From assembly GCA_015680685.1 (NCBI GenBank), contig MNCI01002357.1, positions 62,001 through 126,000 on the forward strand: a DNA stretch of 64,000 nt, written 5' to 3'. The position numbers were made by a program, and so were the translations under genes. Position 1 is the first letter of the stretch. Every line of letters starts with the position of its first letter. Shown piece by piece: positions 36,593 through 49,856 of the stretch. Source of the DNA: Gnetum montanum (Eukaryota > Plantae > Gnetophyta). The notes beneath the pieces are model-generated. The model was not told where the DNA came from, did not search any database, and saw only the letters and a program-made list of their open reading frames with translations.

Positions 36593-36600
36593 AGAAAAAT

Positions 36601-37903
36601 TATTGCAACTAAAAATCTTAGTCATTGGACAAAACTAGAGATCCTTAGTGTAGCAATTCCTCAACCATGAATCTTGAGGGCCTCCACAAGAAAAATGGAA
36701 TTCGAGCATCTTGGTTGGTCTAATAGATCAACCAAGGACTTATGAGATGCAAAATGTAAAAATATAAATAGATTTGAATAAAGCACAAACAATAAATTTA
36801 TTTTGAACACAAAGGTCAAAATGAAAAAAATTTATTAACAAAGAATAAATAGTAAGTTACAGACATGTATACAAATGGTTCTTGGATGATCAAAAAAGGG
36901 GTTCACTTATGTAGGAGTTCAAAGCCTGTTAAAGCCAATGTGATCTACTCCACAATATGGGTGTTAAGCCACTTCTGATGCTATCAAACCTTCTCCTCCA
37001 CTACAACCTCAGATCTACAAGTTGGCTCACTACTAGGGGGTGAGAAAAGTAAAAAATTTGGATGCTAGATTGCTCCACGCTAGGGTTTGGAAATCCCAAA
37101 ACTGTTGTGTTGACACCAAAAATCCACAATGGAGATTGTAAGAACCCTTGAATGTAAACAATGGAGATTGTACGTACCCTTGAGTGCTTGAAAATGTCCC
37201 CAAGTGTGGAATTAGTGCTTGGAAAATTTCTTGTATGCTTAATATATTCAAGTGTCAAAAAGTCCAATCATGAGAAAAAATTATTTAACCTTGAAAAAAT
37301 TGCATAACCCATAAATGGTGTTTGCGGTTGGGTTTTATAGGTTTTTTGGGCCATGCATGGGGCTAAGAAAATGGCTGCAAATTGGTTGTAAAATAGCTAC
37401 AACTTGGCTATAAATTGGCTATCTAATTCAGGTAAGATGGTTGTCCAAATTTGGGGGGTTACTATACATAGTAAGTGCTTCCCCCCCATGGCCATTCTAT
37501 TTACTATAAATATTAACCAAGGCATAGCTTCCATGCTGGAGATGAATCTTCCATGCTAAGCTCTCCACCATGGTTGCTAAAGTGGCTGGTCAACGTTGAA
37601 GTGCATGAAGTGATAAATTTTTTCTTTTGTAGCTTCCATGCTAGGGGATGCAATTTTCAATGCTAGGGGAAACTTCCACACTAAGGGTGAAAGGTTTCTA
37701 GGTTGTGCATGTAGTCTCCATGCTAAAGGAGGGGAGTTTCAAAAACCCCCATCCTTCCAAGCTTGGGGTAGGTGAGATTTACCACCTCCATATGTTTCTA
37801 GCATAGAAACATGTAGACCCCCTATAAAACCCATCAAATTTCCTTTTTTGGCATTCCAAAAGGCATNTATTGGCTATAACATGTAAATTTTTGTGGTGTT
37901 TTA
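36601..37903 (-). repeat. 5' LTR of element B, shortened at an N at 37867
   Basis: Direct repeat of 15488-16968; adjacent to the PBS. Confidence 0.9.
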
Positions 37904-38936
37904 ATAGTGTGGAGAGAAGGTTCACGAGCATGGAGATGGATATAGGTGTGAAATAGAGTTGTTTAAAGGAAAAATTAGGCTACCAGAGGCTTTCAAGGGG
38001 CTTGTAAGTCAAAAAGTGATAATTATGTGGTTGATTTTGGCTATTCAAGGCCTTTCCCCATCCATCCATGATGGCCAACATGGAGGGAGCCCCCTCAATG
38101 TGGATTAACCAAATTCAAAAGTTTTAATCACTTTTGACTAGGTTTTATGAAGTTCAAGGCTACTAGAGGTGACTGGAAGGGTTCTAGGTCATGTGGGCCC
38201 ACCCTATGGGTAAGATCTAGGCTTAGTGGGAACTGGGGGTAAGTATAGGTGTTACCTCCATTTCTCCATGCTAGGTAGTGTTTCCCTAGTGTGGATACCA
38301 AAACTATCAAAATTTTTTAAGATTTAACCCCTTTTGGAGTTTGGGCTTTGGCAAGGTAGGTTACTATTGCTAAAAATAGCAAGGGGACTAGTGTGTGAGT
38401 ACTATGAGGTAATGGAGGTTGTTATCCATGTTGGCTCCATTGTACCTATTGTGGATACAAGGTTGGATGGGTTTTTTCATGGTTATGAATATTCCAAGGT
38501 GTCAAAACCCCAGCATTGATTATGTTTTCTAGCTTGGCACACCTTGCATAAGGGCATATGGTGGGGCCCACTATCCAAAATTCAAAACATTTCAACTTGG
38601 GTATTCATTTCCCACCATTCTAAATGTAGAGAATACTTTCCCCCTATTTCACTTTAGCACACCTTAAGTTCTAGTGCACCAAATTCACAACAAGGGCATA
38701 AGTGGAAGCATTTAGGATTGAATCTTGGTTTTATGGTTGATTTTGTAGAAAACAACCATCATAACTCTCATTTCAATGCATAACACATTGGAAGAGAGCT
38801 CTAACAAATATTCTCATTGAAAACACCATTATTCTTCAACATGGAAGCACCAAAACTTCTTGTTAACCATCATAGACACCTCAATCCTTTAGATTTCCTA
38901 GCCCTTTCAACATTGTTGGAGCAAAGATGAAGTAGC

Positions 38937-41900
38937 ATGGAAACAACAGTAGAAATTGAGGTAGTTGAGGCTATAAAGAACATCTCCAAATTTCCTAGGC
39001 TAGTTTCTATCCAACCTTCATCTATGGCCATCCCAAGGTAGGTCATTCTTGTCCGTTTTTCTTCTTTAGTCATTTTTCTACTTTCCTAGCTAGGGTAAGA
39101 GATATTTTTTTAGATCTATGCTAACGGATTTGATAAAATGAAATTGCAATAAAATTATACCTCATATTTTGATGGTTTATACATAGATATAAGGTCATTT
39201 CATTATTTATGCTTCCATTGATCCCATTTTAAAATTAGGCTTGTCATTTCATGTGCTTTTTTCATCAATTTGGTGGTGAAGCCATTTTGTCATGTCTATG
39301 GTACAATGTTTGTCAAAATTAAAATTTGAAAAAATCCCATTCCCTATTTTGATGGTTCTTCATGTGGGTTTAAGGTTTTTCTCCTATTTTTTCTTTAATC
39401 CATGGCTCAATTAAATTAGGTTTTGTAAATCTTATGTTTTTAATGAATTTTTGGTGAAAAAAGCAAGTAATGTTATGAATTTTTTGTTATGAAAAAGGCT
39501 AGTTATTGCTAAAATATAAGGTATTGGAATTATAGTTCTATGTTTAAGGCTTTATTTGATTATGGTCTTCTTTAATTTGAAGTTGTAATGATGAAGTTAT
39601 GACCATTTTAGTTAGGTTGCGTAATTAGGGCTTGTGTTATTTCTTAGATTTTCATGAATGTTCATAAATTAATTTCAGAAAAACAACAAAGGTTTTGAAT
39701 TTTTACTAAATTTGGGTGTGTAGGAATAGATTTATTCTTTCTAATAGTATTGGAATCACTCCTTTTGGAGCTTAAATGAATTTTTGGCAAATTATTTTCC
39801 AACCCTATGTGAAAGGGGTTTTATGATGATGGCTGTAGTTGTGCAATTTTGGCTGTCTCATGTAATGATGGTTGCAAATTTTTGGTTATACTGGCTATTA
39901 CTAAAAGGCTTATGATTTCAGGATTCCTTTTGTGATGGAATCACTAAAATTGCAACTATAATGAATATTTAACAAATTTTTAGCTAAGGCTATGTCAATT
40001 AGGCTTAATTTCTAATTGTATTAGCTTTACCCCTTGGAGATGGGTAGTGTTGACATGCTAAAGAATTTATTCTTGTCAATGTCCCATGCTATTGGGGATG
40101 TCCAAAGATGTTAACTATGCTTTAAAGTTGATTTCACAAAGACAAAAATTTTAGTATTTTTAGTGATGTTTTTGCTATGGCCGTTTCTTGGTTTTTGAGG
40201 TTTTTGCTATGTTGATGCATGGTTTGAACAAAGGCATAATTTGGTTTTGATGTTTTGGCTATAGATTTTAATGGCTATGGAAGTTGTAACATGGTTGTTG
40301 ATGAATCTTTAAATGAATTTTAACAAACACTTTAGATTTTTTTGCAAGGGCTAATTTCACCCCTAACTAAGATGTTTTTCCAAAACTCATAAGGATATTC
40401 TAAGTGTTAAGACATGGTTCTTATGGTATTCTTTTTTCTCCATGAAGGACCCTAATAAATCTCATACTCATTTTAATTGAGCTTGTTGGCATCCTATGTT
40501 GCATAGGCCAACCTAAGGCTAACACTCCTCTGGCTAACATGGTCCTGGAGAGGGGCTCACTATGATTCCAATTGGAGTAAAGGTAGTTCCTTGCCTACAT
40601 ATTACAAAACTTTAGTGTGATAATTTGGTCACACTTATCCATAGATGTGGCTAGGGTCATAGTGAAAACCTTGCTACTAGGGTCTGCAAGGCTAATCACT
40701 AGATTCATAACTGATGATCCATTAACCTAAGCAAAAAGATAGCCAGCAAAGACTAGGGATCCCATCAATACATGCTATCTTTTGAACATCTAGAGGATGC
40801 TAGAGTATTCTTAGTACAACCTTGATAATACTCTAATGATGGCACATAGAGTTGACACCTTATTCTAGAATCCTCCAAAGCGTGTATTAATTACAAGGAT
40901 AAGCATGGTTATTATGGGTTTTTGATGTTTTGGCTTTACTAGTTTGGTCACCTTTCCTAACTTATTGGTTTTGTGAACTTCTTGCAAGTATATGATTAAT
41001 GATAAAGGCTTGATCATAAATTATCAAACCTTGGTGGTAAATTAAAATTTCTTGAATGTATTTATCAAAGGCCCTAAGATTCCAACTATTGTGTATGAAT
41101 AGTTGAGGAAATTTTGATAAATACACCACTGAATTCAATCCTATTTACAAGAAGTGTGTAGCTACTAAAATAGCACACAACTAGTGGATAGCCTCCAATA
41201 TTATTAGAGACAAATGCATTGCCACTAGAACCCCCACATGAGCTTCACTAAGCAAGAAGAAGAAAGGTGATAGTAAGAATGATTTTATACTTAAGGTTTT
41301 ATGGCTATTTGGTTCTTAAGTATCCTATGATCTTTATCTATGGTCTAAACATGCTTGTAGTGATGCTAGGTAGTTATCATTGGTTTGTAGGACCTTCCAA
41401 TCCTTCTAAGGTCACCATAGACCTTTTTGGATGCTTCATAGATACTCTCATATTAAAGTTCAATGATGTGATGCTAGCATAGTAGTGGTTGAGGGGACAA
41501 GTATCTCATGACATTTAGGAAAACATCATGCTTGTTAGTTTGCATGATGTCTTCATGGTACCTATCCCTTTCATCCCTTCCATAGAGATGTTGAATGTTA
41601 TTGACTTCTTCAATGTAGAAGCCAATGTGTTCCACACCATAGTATGAGGCATATCAATTGTCATTACCATCAATGAGACAACCTTTCATGACTTATTTGG
41701 TGTTTCTGCTAATGAGATTATGGTTGCCACCAAACCAGTGAAGGAGGTCGGCCATTGCAAGGAATTTAAGGAGTGGCTTACTGCCAGCAAGGGCCACTCT
41801 AAACTTACCTTGGATGGATTCACAAATCCTAAAGTAAAGGAATCTTATCCTTTGTTTTTATCCTATACCTTTACTAAACTATTATCACAAAAGAAGGTAA

Positions 41901-44140
41901 TCAATATTGCATAAGGATGCACCTTCAACATGTTCTTGACAAAGGCCATGCACTTCAACTAGGCTACTTTCTTGGCTATGGGCCTCATGGAGGAAATCCT
42001 CAAACTCCACAAAGACACCTCCATGATAATCCACATGCATTATGAATTATTTTTAGGTTATTTGAAGAGATTCATGGACTTTTTGATCGTGATTAGGAAT
42101 GGATGATTGATAAGCTAAGATCCAAACCAACTCTCTAGGCCTTGGATAGAGCATCTTTATTCAACTATGCAAGCTTAGAATTCACTAGAGAACATGGGAG
42201 AGTCGTTGTCTATTACCATCAAAGGATTTGGTGGTATAGAGTGTGAATCCCCTAACAGCATGGGGTAGAAGCCCTTGACAGTTCTAGTAAATGTTCTGAG
42301 GGCTTGATGGTTGCATAATAAGGTTGATGGGGTAGCTATGGCCAAGTTGAAATGGCCCACAAAGGAAGCACCACTAGCATCATAGCTACTCACTAAGCAA
42401 AAGATCCACTTCAAGTTCAACCAGTCACATCAAGTAATTGCATGTAATTTTAGCTATATTTTAATGTTTTTTGGCTATGTTGTGTTTTATACCTTATGGA
42501 TGCATGTGCTAAATTATCTAATGGGTTATGGTTGTAGATCAGTGGTAGGAGATGGTAGCTTAAGCTGCTATTATGAAATAGGAGCAAAGGCATGTAAAGA
42601 AGAGTAAAGGTGTGTGGTCATTGCAATAGTAGAAGAACAAAGATGTGAAAAGGAGACACTCTTACAACAACATGAGGTTGAAGGGTTGTCCAACATTAAC
42701 ATGGATGATCTAGATGCCTTGTTTAGTAAGCCACTACCCAAGGGGCCTCCAATTGTCATCCTTGATGAGGATTAGGATCTAGGTATGCCTATGTCTTATA
42801 TCCACTTATTATAGCTTATGGTTTTATGCTTAGTTTTTTATTCTAACCTCTCAATTATTGTTATGCTTCTTGTAGTTCCTCAACCACCAATGAAGGCCTC
42901 TATATCCATGTTTCACATGAAGCTATGGGTAGAGGTCCCTAACAAGATAGAACTCTACATGGGATGATAAAGAACATCATTGATCAACTACAATAGCTTG
43001 TGCCTAAGATTGGTAAGAGCTATGTTTTACTATGCCTTAGTCATTTTTCTATAGCTTTATGTTTCATGTTATGGCTATCTTAGGTTGTATACTATGTTTA
43101 TGGTTATACTTATTATTTTCAATGCCATTAGTTGTGTGGGACCCAATCCAAGACATGAAGTTTGACTCCTTACCTAAGCCTCCTTTTAACACTCAAAATC
43201 TCCCCTAAAGTTATACAAAACTATCATCAATCTTGCAATTTTGTGCGACAAAGATTCATGGGAGTTTTAAAGATCCAATGAATTCCTATGGGAGCAAGTT
43301 GTGGCCTTAAATGAAGGAAAATAAAAGACAAGCCAAGAGGCTCAAGGATCTTAAGGACTATCAAGCTTTTGAGGAGGCCTAAGTGGATAACTTAGAGAAC
43401 TTATAGATCAAAGAGATTACATGGGCCCGCTACTACTGTACCATCCATGACAAGGTGTCCCTTTCTAGGGAGCTGGATAAGTAGTAGATGCAGATGAATT
43501 TAATCTCTTGAAAGACCCAAGACTGAAAGGATTATAGTGCCTAGGTTCTAGAGTGGGGTTGGGCACAAAATGATCATAAGACATAGTATAAGATCAATTA
43601 GGAGGCATACTTGAAGTGGCTAAAGAAGGAGATGATTGAATGGCATCAAATGAAGCTATTCATTTAGGGAATTTAGGCTGAGAGTGCATAAAATCTCTTT
43701 GAGAGAACTCTTAAGGTAGTTGAATCTTTTTCTCCTCTAGTTACTATGGCTAGGGTTGAGGTTTCTATGGCTATAGTCTCATGGGAGCCACCATCATGAA
43801 CGAGCATGGACAAGACAAACATCCTCACTGGCATCAATTTTGGAGATGTTGACTAGGCCAACATGATTAAAGACTAGATTCTCCATCATTTGGATACTAG
43901 CTTTCAACATGTTTTGTAAGAGTTCATGGAGTCAAATTTCCCATAGGTTTTCTGGATTTTATATTTTAAATTTTAAGTTTGGATTTATTTAAGTTATAGT
44001 TTTGGCTATCAATTACTAATTAGTTGTAGGATGTTGTGTCATAGGCATTAAGTGATGTCAGTGACCCTAGTGACAATAGCGATGATCATGATTGGCCACC
44101 TCCTCTTCTAGATGTCCCCTTTGCACCACCAAATGCTTAA
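38937..44140 (+). pseudogene. Antisense accessory gene, copy A (FCP1-like exon 40448-~40898; PMD/Transposase_32-like exon 41391-~42435; coiled-coil exon ~43123-43947)
   Basis: Donor CCAAG|GTAGG (39037); acceptors 40447, 41390, 42537, 44044; donors 41266, 42782, 43012, 43947. Ends PLLDVPFAPPNA* versus PPLDATQQPPLV* in B. Confidence 0.75.
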
Positions 44141-44449
44141 TGTGACAACACTTCTTATTGATTTCATTTTAGTTTTTATGTTGAATGTTACATGGCTGAT
44201 GTTGGCCAACATTTGAGTTGTAGACATTTTGATACCTATGGTTTATTATTTTAATATTTATGTCACATAGTATTTTAAAATGTTTTAAATTTTGAGTTTC
44301 AGTTTTAGTTTTGGCTATATATGTTATTGATGAATTTACTATTTTAAGGTTTTAAGGCTATAAATATTGTAAATAACTATATTGAGAATGGCTATGTTGG
44401 CTATGTAGAAAACAACTAAACTATAAGACTATGAAAGGCTATAGGATGA

Positions 44450-44700
44450 GGGTTGCTTACTAGATCTAGGCCATGGTGGATCATATGTTTATCACTAGTT
44501 TAAGGCCATGGTGGGCCACCATGCTTGTTTAGAGTCTTAGTAGACTACAATGCCAATTTAAGACCTCAATAGGCCATGGGTTTTGCCAGTTTTAGGACAT
44601 GGTGGGTCCTCAATGGTATGTTTTTTTTTTTTTTTTTTTGCTAGTTTAAGGACATGGTAGGCCATGTAATGTTGCTCATTTTAGGTCATGATGGGCCTAC
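44450..44700. repeat. Array of the TGCTAGTTTAAGG-core repeat in A, at the position equivalent to 30820-31420
   Basis: Units ctagtttaaggccatggtgggccac, tgccaatttaagacctc, gctagtttaaggacatgg. Confidence 0.75.
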
Positions 44701-45004
44701 ATTGAAAAGAAACTTATATATTTTAGTGATTTTCTATTTTAAAGTATTTTAGTGATTTTCTATTTTAAAGTTTCTTGTGGGTTTTCTAGTTTATATCATG
44801 CTAAACAATGAAAATAATGAAAGAAAAAGGCCATAATAAATAGAAATAAAAATAAAAATGATTCTCTAGGCTATATGTTGAAAATGCTAAAATAAAGTAA
44901 ATAAAAATACTCAATATGAAACAAAGGAAATCTAAACCAAGTGGCTATTAGTGCATGATTCCAAAGGTTAAAAGAGCATCATGTGGAAGGATTAAGAGTG
45001 AACC

Positions 45005-48000
45005 TCACTTGTGCAAACATTTCCTAATCTTGGAAAGGTTAGTAAATGTGTAAATTCTTCTCTACACTTGTTTGTACTCTCCATCCCTTTCACTAATGAT
45101 CTTGAAGGGAAGCTCTTCCCATAGTGTGTCTTGTTGTTCATCATTGTCACTTTTGATTTTCTCTATTCTCTCAAGTGGTTCGACTTTGTGCCTAGGAGTT
45201 TCTTCTTGAAACTCCACTTCAAACCCCTACTCTATATCCATGTTGTTAATAGCTAGGGTAACTATTTTATCACCATGAATGAGGATTTCACCCCACACCT
45301 CCGTGTATGGAAGGTGATTCTCTTGGTGGATAAGTGAAGACACAACCCATAATTGAGCCAACCAAGATCTAAGGTTAAACCATGGCATCTCCTCCACCAT
45401 TAACAAATTGGTAGTTGTGGGGAATTGCCCCCCTACCATAAAATCCAAGGAGATAGATCCCTTGATAGCTACCCTCAACCCATTGAAGGACTTAAGAGCC
45501 AATGTTGTTATATGTTGCATTTTCTCAATCAAGCTTAGGTGCTAAACAATGGTGAATGGGATAACATTAGTTGCATCCCCATCATTAGCATGCACTTGAT
45601 GCACCTTGTACTAGCCTACATGTATGGTTATGAAAAAAGAAGCCTTGGATACTTTACCATTTTTAGGATTGGCCTTGACTTCACTATTTCTAAACACCAA
45701 TGTTGTTAACTTCTTTTCCCTTGGTGAAGAAAGTACCATTACCACATGGATGGATTTCTCATTAGTAAGGATGTCATTGCTAATAGGGATAGAAGTCAAC
45801 ATTTTTACTAGTTCTTCACAATATGTAACCAAAGTTATGATCAAGTCATATAGGCTCAAGGTTGTGTTTTTTTGTTTGAGGAACTCCTTGACTTATTCCA
45901 TTTCACTTAGGAAATTTTTATTGTTGAATGTGGACTTGTCACCCTAATTTTACTTCACTTCCTCCAAGCATTCCAAAATGCATACTTTAGCCTTGGGTTG
46001 TTGTGGGTTTTCTCTCTCTCTTATTCTCTTGGCTCTTACACTCTTCTCATGGTTTACTTATTGATGAGTGGCGAGGTACCCCTACACTCAACCATATGAA
46101 ACGAGCGTTGCATGTGCGATCCGGTCGAACTCNNNNNNNNNNNNNNNNNNNNNNNNNNNNNNNNNNNNNNNNNNNNNNNNNNNNNNNNNNNNNNNNNNNN
46201 NNNNNNNNNNNNNNNNNNNNNNNNNNNNNNNNNNNNNNNNNNNNNNNNNNNNNNNNNNNNNNNNNNNNNNNNNNNNNNNNNNNNNNNNNNNNNNNNNNNN
46301 NNNNNNNNNNNNNNNNNNNNNNNNNNNNNNNNNNNNNNNNTGATGAGTAACCGATTCCTTAACTAGTCGTACACACCCATAGATGCTCATAGTTAAGTCA
46401 TACTCACACTGCGCTATGAAAGCAATAAATAACATTAAATAAATAACAAATAAATAAACTAAGTGAATGCTGCAATGATGAAGTAATCTCGATCTTTATT
46501 GCTGGTCATGTGCGTGTCCAAGTACGGCACACTCAAATAAAGACACCATACAATCACATTCACCACACTACGGGCAGACACGGGAAAAATTCTAACTCTG
46601 GAGGGATCAAACTACCACAGCTTTGCTACTTTAAAACTAGGATTCAAATGAGGGAGAGCTTCATCTTATTTATAGACATGGCGGCGGACTGTGATATCAC
46701 GTACGCGATATCGTAGGGAAAGATGTGATATCGCGTACGCAATATCGTAGCCTGTGCGAACCGCGTCTCATCACTTATAATAGTAGACTAGGTTGTGATG
46801 GTCATGGGCATTGAGAATATGGGAGTGGGCTTCAATGGGCTCACTTCCATCCCTAACTTAGCTTACTTGTCATCTTTGTGTTGGGGCTTTTGCTTAGGCT
46901 TCTTCCTTTGCTTGGTTAAGGCTTTTGGCCTTTCATTGGTTTTATGAGAGGAAGAAGCTATGGCATTAGCCATCATGGGAGGTTGATATTCAATTGTATG
47001 TTCTAGCTAGGTTGTGTTGGGCTAGGGCACCTTGATGAAAAAAGGCTCTCTTGGAGATGCTCGCGATGGTACTTTTATAGTAAAAGGGGGTCTTGAGTTG
47101 GTGGAAGTTGAAGAGGCCCTTTCATTGTGAGGGGGTACCTGGAACACAAACAGTCCCCTCACTGGTCTTCAATTATCATTGGTGTTGGACGTTGATATAA
47201 CATAGGGGTTGTTCTTAGTGTTTAACAAGTTCTCATACACCTACATCAATTAATTCTACTATTGAACTAGATTGAAGGCATCTATAGCATCTTTTGTAGG
47301 TCACCCTTCAGCATAAGGTAGAAGTCAATGTCATCACTAGGCAATTGACGATAATGGCAAAGCAATCTAGCTTAAAGTACTTGGGTAGTTGAAGGTCATC
47401 CTTTGTCACTTGAGTGGGGTCTTTGGCTATTTTGCATAGCTGCTCATGCTTCTTTCAAGCAACTTCAGTTATTTGTTTATATTGTATACATCCATTCTTT
47501 AATAGTTAATCTAGTAGTTTAGATGGCTTCAAGGGTAAGCTAGTATACTTGCTATGGTCCCTCTACTCAAATTTTAGCCTAGGTGCAATTGATGCAATGG
47601 CCCTAGATGTCGATGACTATTTATCTTGGTTGTTAGTTGGGGCCTTAGGTGGATTGGCTTTTGGCCTCTAGTTGGTTGCACTAACCTCTTTGGTCATAGT
47701 TGCCACTACCACATTATTCTACTTCCCTCTCTCCTTGTCTTTTTGAGTGTGTTGATTTTTGTATGTCATGTAAATGGGGCCATGACTAGCCTTCGTAGCA
47801 TCATCTATGTTTTTCATCTAAGAGAAGGCTTAACTAAGTAACCATGGGTCAAGGTAATATAGTTTGGACATAATAAACTCATTAACCACCTCCTTGAATA
47901 TAGCCAAAAGATAGGTTTTGTCTATAGGCTTTGGTATCTCATTTAGTAGACTATTCCATCATTGGATAAACTTCTACATTGGCTTGAGGGATCCCTACTT

Positions 48001-49250
48001 GACCTTCATCAATTGGTCAAGCGTGGTGTCAAGATTCAAGTTATACTTGAAGTGGTTAATGAATTGGACTATTAGGTTCTAAAGAGAGGATATAGATCCT
48101 CTAGGTAGGGTGTGGTACCAATAAAGTTCTTTCCCAACCAAGGACATAGGGAAAATCCTCATAATGATGTGTGTCTAGGCCTATAATAATAGGCACTATA
48201 AACGAAAAGTTATAAGGTGAGCATTGGGATCACCCTCACCATTATATTTTGTAAACTAGGAAATAGGGACACCAAGAGGAAGCATCAAGGGTGGGATCAT
48301 AGGACTAATAGAATCATCATTGTAAAAGTCCATGATCTTGACACTTAAAGAAGTAGAGGCTTTAAGCCTCTTCAACTCCTCTATTAGGTCCTCAATCATC
48401 TAGAAGGCCTGATCTAAGCCCTATGATGTCCTTGTAGGCTATGGGGTCTAAACAAAGGGTTATAGTATTTGCTAGGAAGCCTATGACCTCACTATTGATT
48501 ATAGGATAGAGGGGAGAGGTTGTGTTACAATAGTAGTTAGTGGGCTAAATAGAGAAAAGGATGTTTGTGCTAGCACCTAAGGCACAAATGAAATGAAGTG
48601 TGTTCATGACCCTTAGGTTACTTTGGATTTCATGGTGGACCCCATCTGATAGATCAATAGGTTGGTGGTGGTAACCACCACTAATGATCATTGTACTAAC
48701 CTAGGCTATGTGGCAAATGGCATGGCAAAGTGAAATGTAGTTGACTATGATACTGATTATGTTTGGTGTGCAATGATGACTAGTGTGGGATCAACCGTCA
48801 TTAGGTAAGAAGAGGTAGAGGATGGTGGTGTCTGGCCCATGGAGAAAATAAAGTAAAGGGAGGAGGAAACTGTGGCCTTATGGGATGTTTGTTGGAATAG
48901 CCCATCTAGGATTTTTTCAGGCTTGGATTATGCCCAAGACTCATCCTTCTCTTCCTCTTTCTCTTCTAAGCTTTGCTTTTCATCCTCTTCATCCATCTTG
49001 ATCAACTAAGATAGGATGCAAGCATAGGCATCATTGAGGGAAATTTGATCATATAGGAAAGGGAAACTTCCTTTTGGGTTGTAGCAATCTTTATTTATGG
49101 TAAAAAATTTAGGACTTCATCCCTAAGCCTCAAATACCAATTACTCTCAATGGTAGCAGGGTCCTTGGGATTGTATACCCTCAATTCTTGTTGGCTAGAC
49201 CCACTATCAGTGAATGTAAAAGGTAACTTGGTCAACTATTGAAAAGACAT
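45005..49250 (-). pseudogene. gag: gag-protease ORF of element A, interrupted by the LTR at 46062-46773
   Basis: Collinear with B 31643-35267; ATG at 49250; gag core ~48270-47800; knuckle CHYRQLPSDDIDF ~47360; protease ORFs 45611-45859 and 45227-45532; ends ...LHK-TGA. Confidence 0.85.
46062..46773 (-). mobile_element. Young Athila-family LTR, apparently solo, spanning an N gap (46133-46340)
   Basis: TGATGAG...CTCATCA termini; perfect TSD CTTAT (46057-46061, 46774-46778); homologous to 62663-63628; CpG retained. Confidence 0.88.
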
Positions 49251-49832
49251 GGCTATGATGCTAAAAAGGCTAGACATAGGTTATAAATGGATGGTCAAAA
49301 GTGTAAATTCTAGTAAGAAAAGATGGAAAAAAGTCAAAAATAGTTAAAAACAACCAAAATAGTAAAGGGCTTCCCAAAAGAATATACCCCTTTACCATAT
49401 ATGGTAGCTGGTGGTATTAACCTCACTCATGTTGGGCTTCCTAGAAAAAAAAGGGGATGAGATAGGGAGATCTTACACCTTCTTAGCCAACATTGGTACA
49501 GATGGGGATTAGAAAACCCAAATTAGAAAGTTGGTATTTTCCACCAAAAACAATTTTGATAGGTTGCCAATTTTCACAGTAATGAAGGGAAGATTAGGGT
49601 TTGATTGTTGAAACAACCAATGCTATCTTTTAGAATTCATAGTAACTACTATAAAAATTTTAAAACCCAAACACCTGCAACTCCCATGCTAGGTTTTAGG
49701 AGTAGAGGGGGATGGACTACAGTATTGATTATAGTGTAGATTCAAAGGTTTTGGTTGTAAATAAGAGATTAAAACTTTTAGGTCAACATTGGCTATGAGG
49801 GAAATAGATTTTGACATAGAAATCGAGTAGAG

Positions 49833-49850
49833 GCCCTCCTTTTAGTGCTA
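49833..49850 (-). promoter_or_regulatory. Primer-binding site of A (decayed tRNA-Asn type)
   Basis: Minus strand TAGCACTAAAAGGAGGGC, 6 nt from the 5' LTR. Confidence 0.75.
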
Positions 49851-49856
49851 GAAAAC

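Larger units (their letters stand above)
15488..37903 (-). mobile_element. Element B: full-length decayed Tat-clade LTR retrotransposon (~22.4 kb) nested in A
   Basis: LTRs 15488-16968 and 36601-37903; TSD GTAGT (15483-15487) / ATAGT (37904-37908). Removing B restores a unit of A's array (gctccacgtagggtagt+gtggagagaaggttcacgagcatgg; compare 15281-15323). Confidence 0.9.

Noticed and set aside
46003-46435. ORFs spanning N runs (also 21468-21713)
   Set aside because: Artefacts of assembly gaps.
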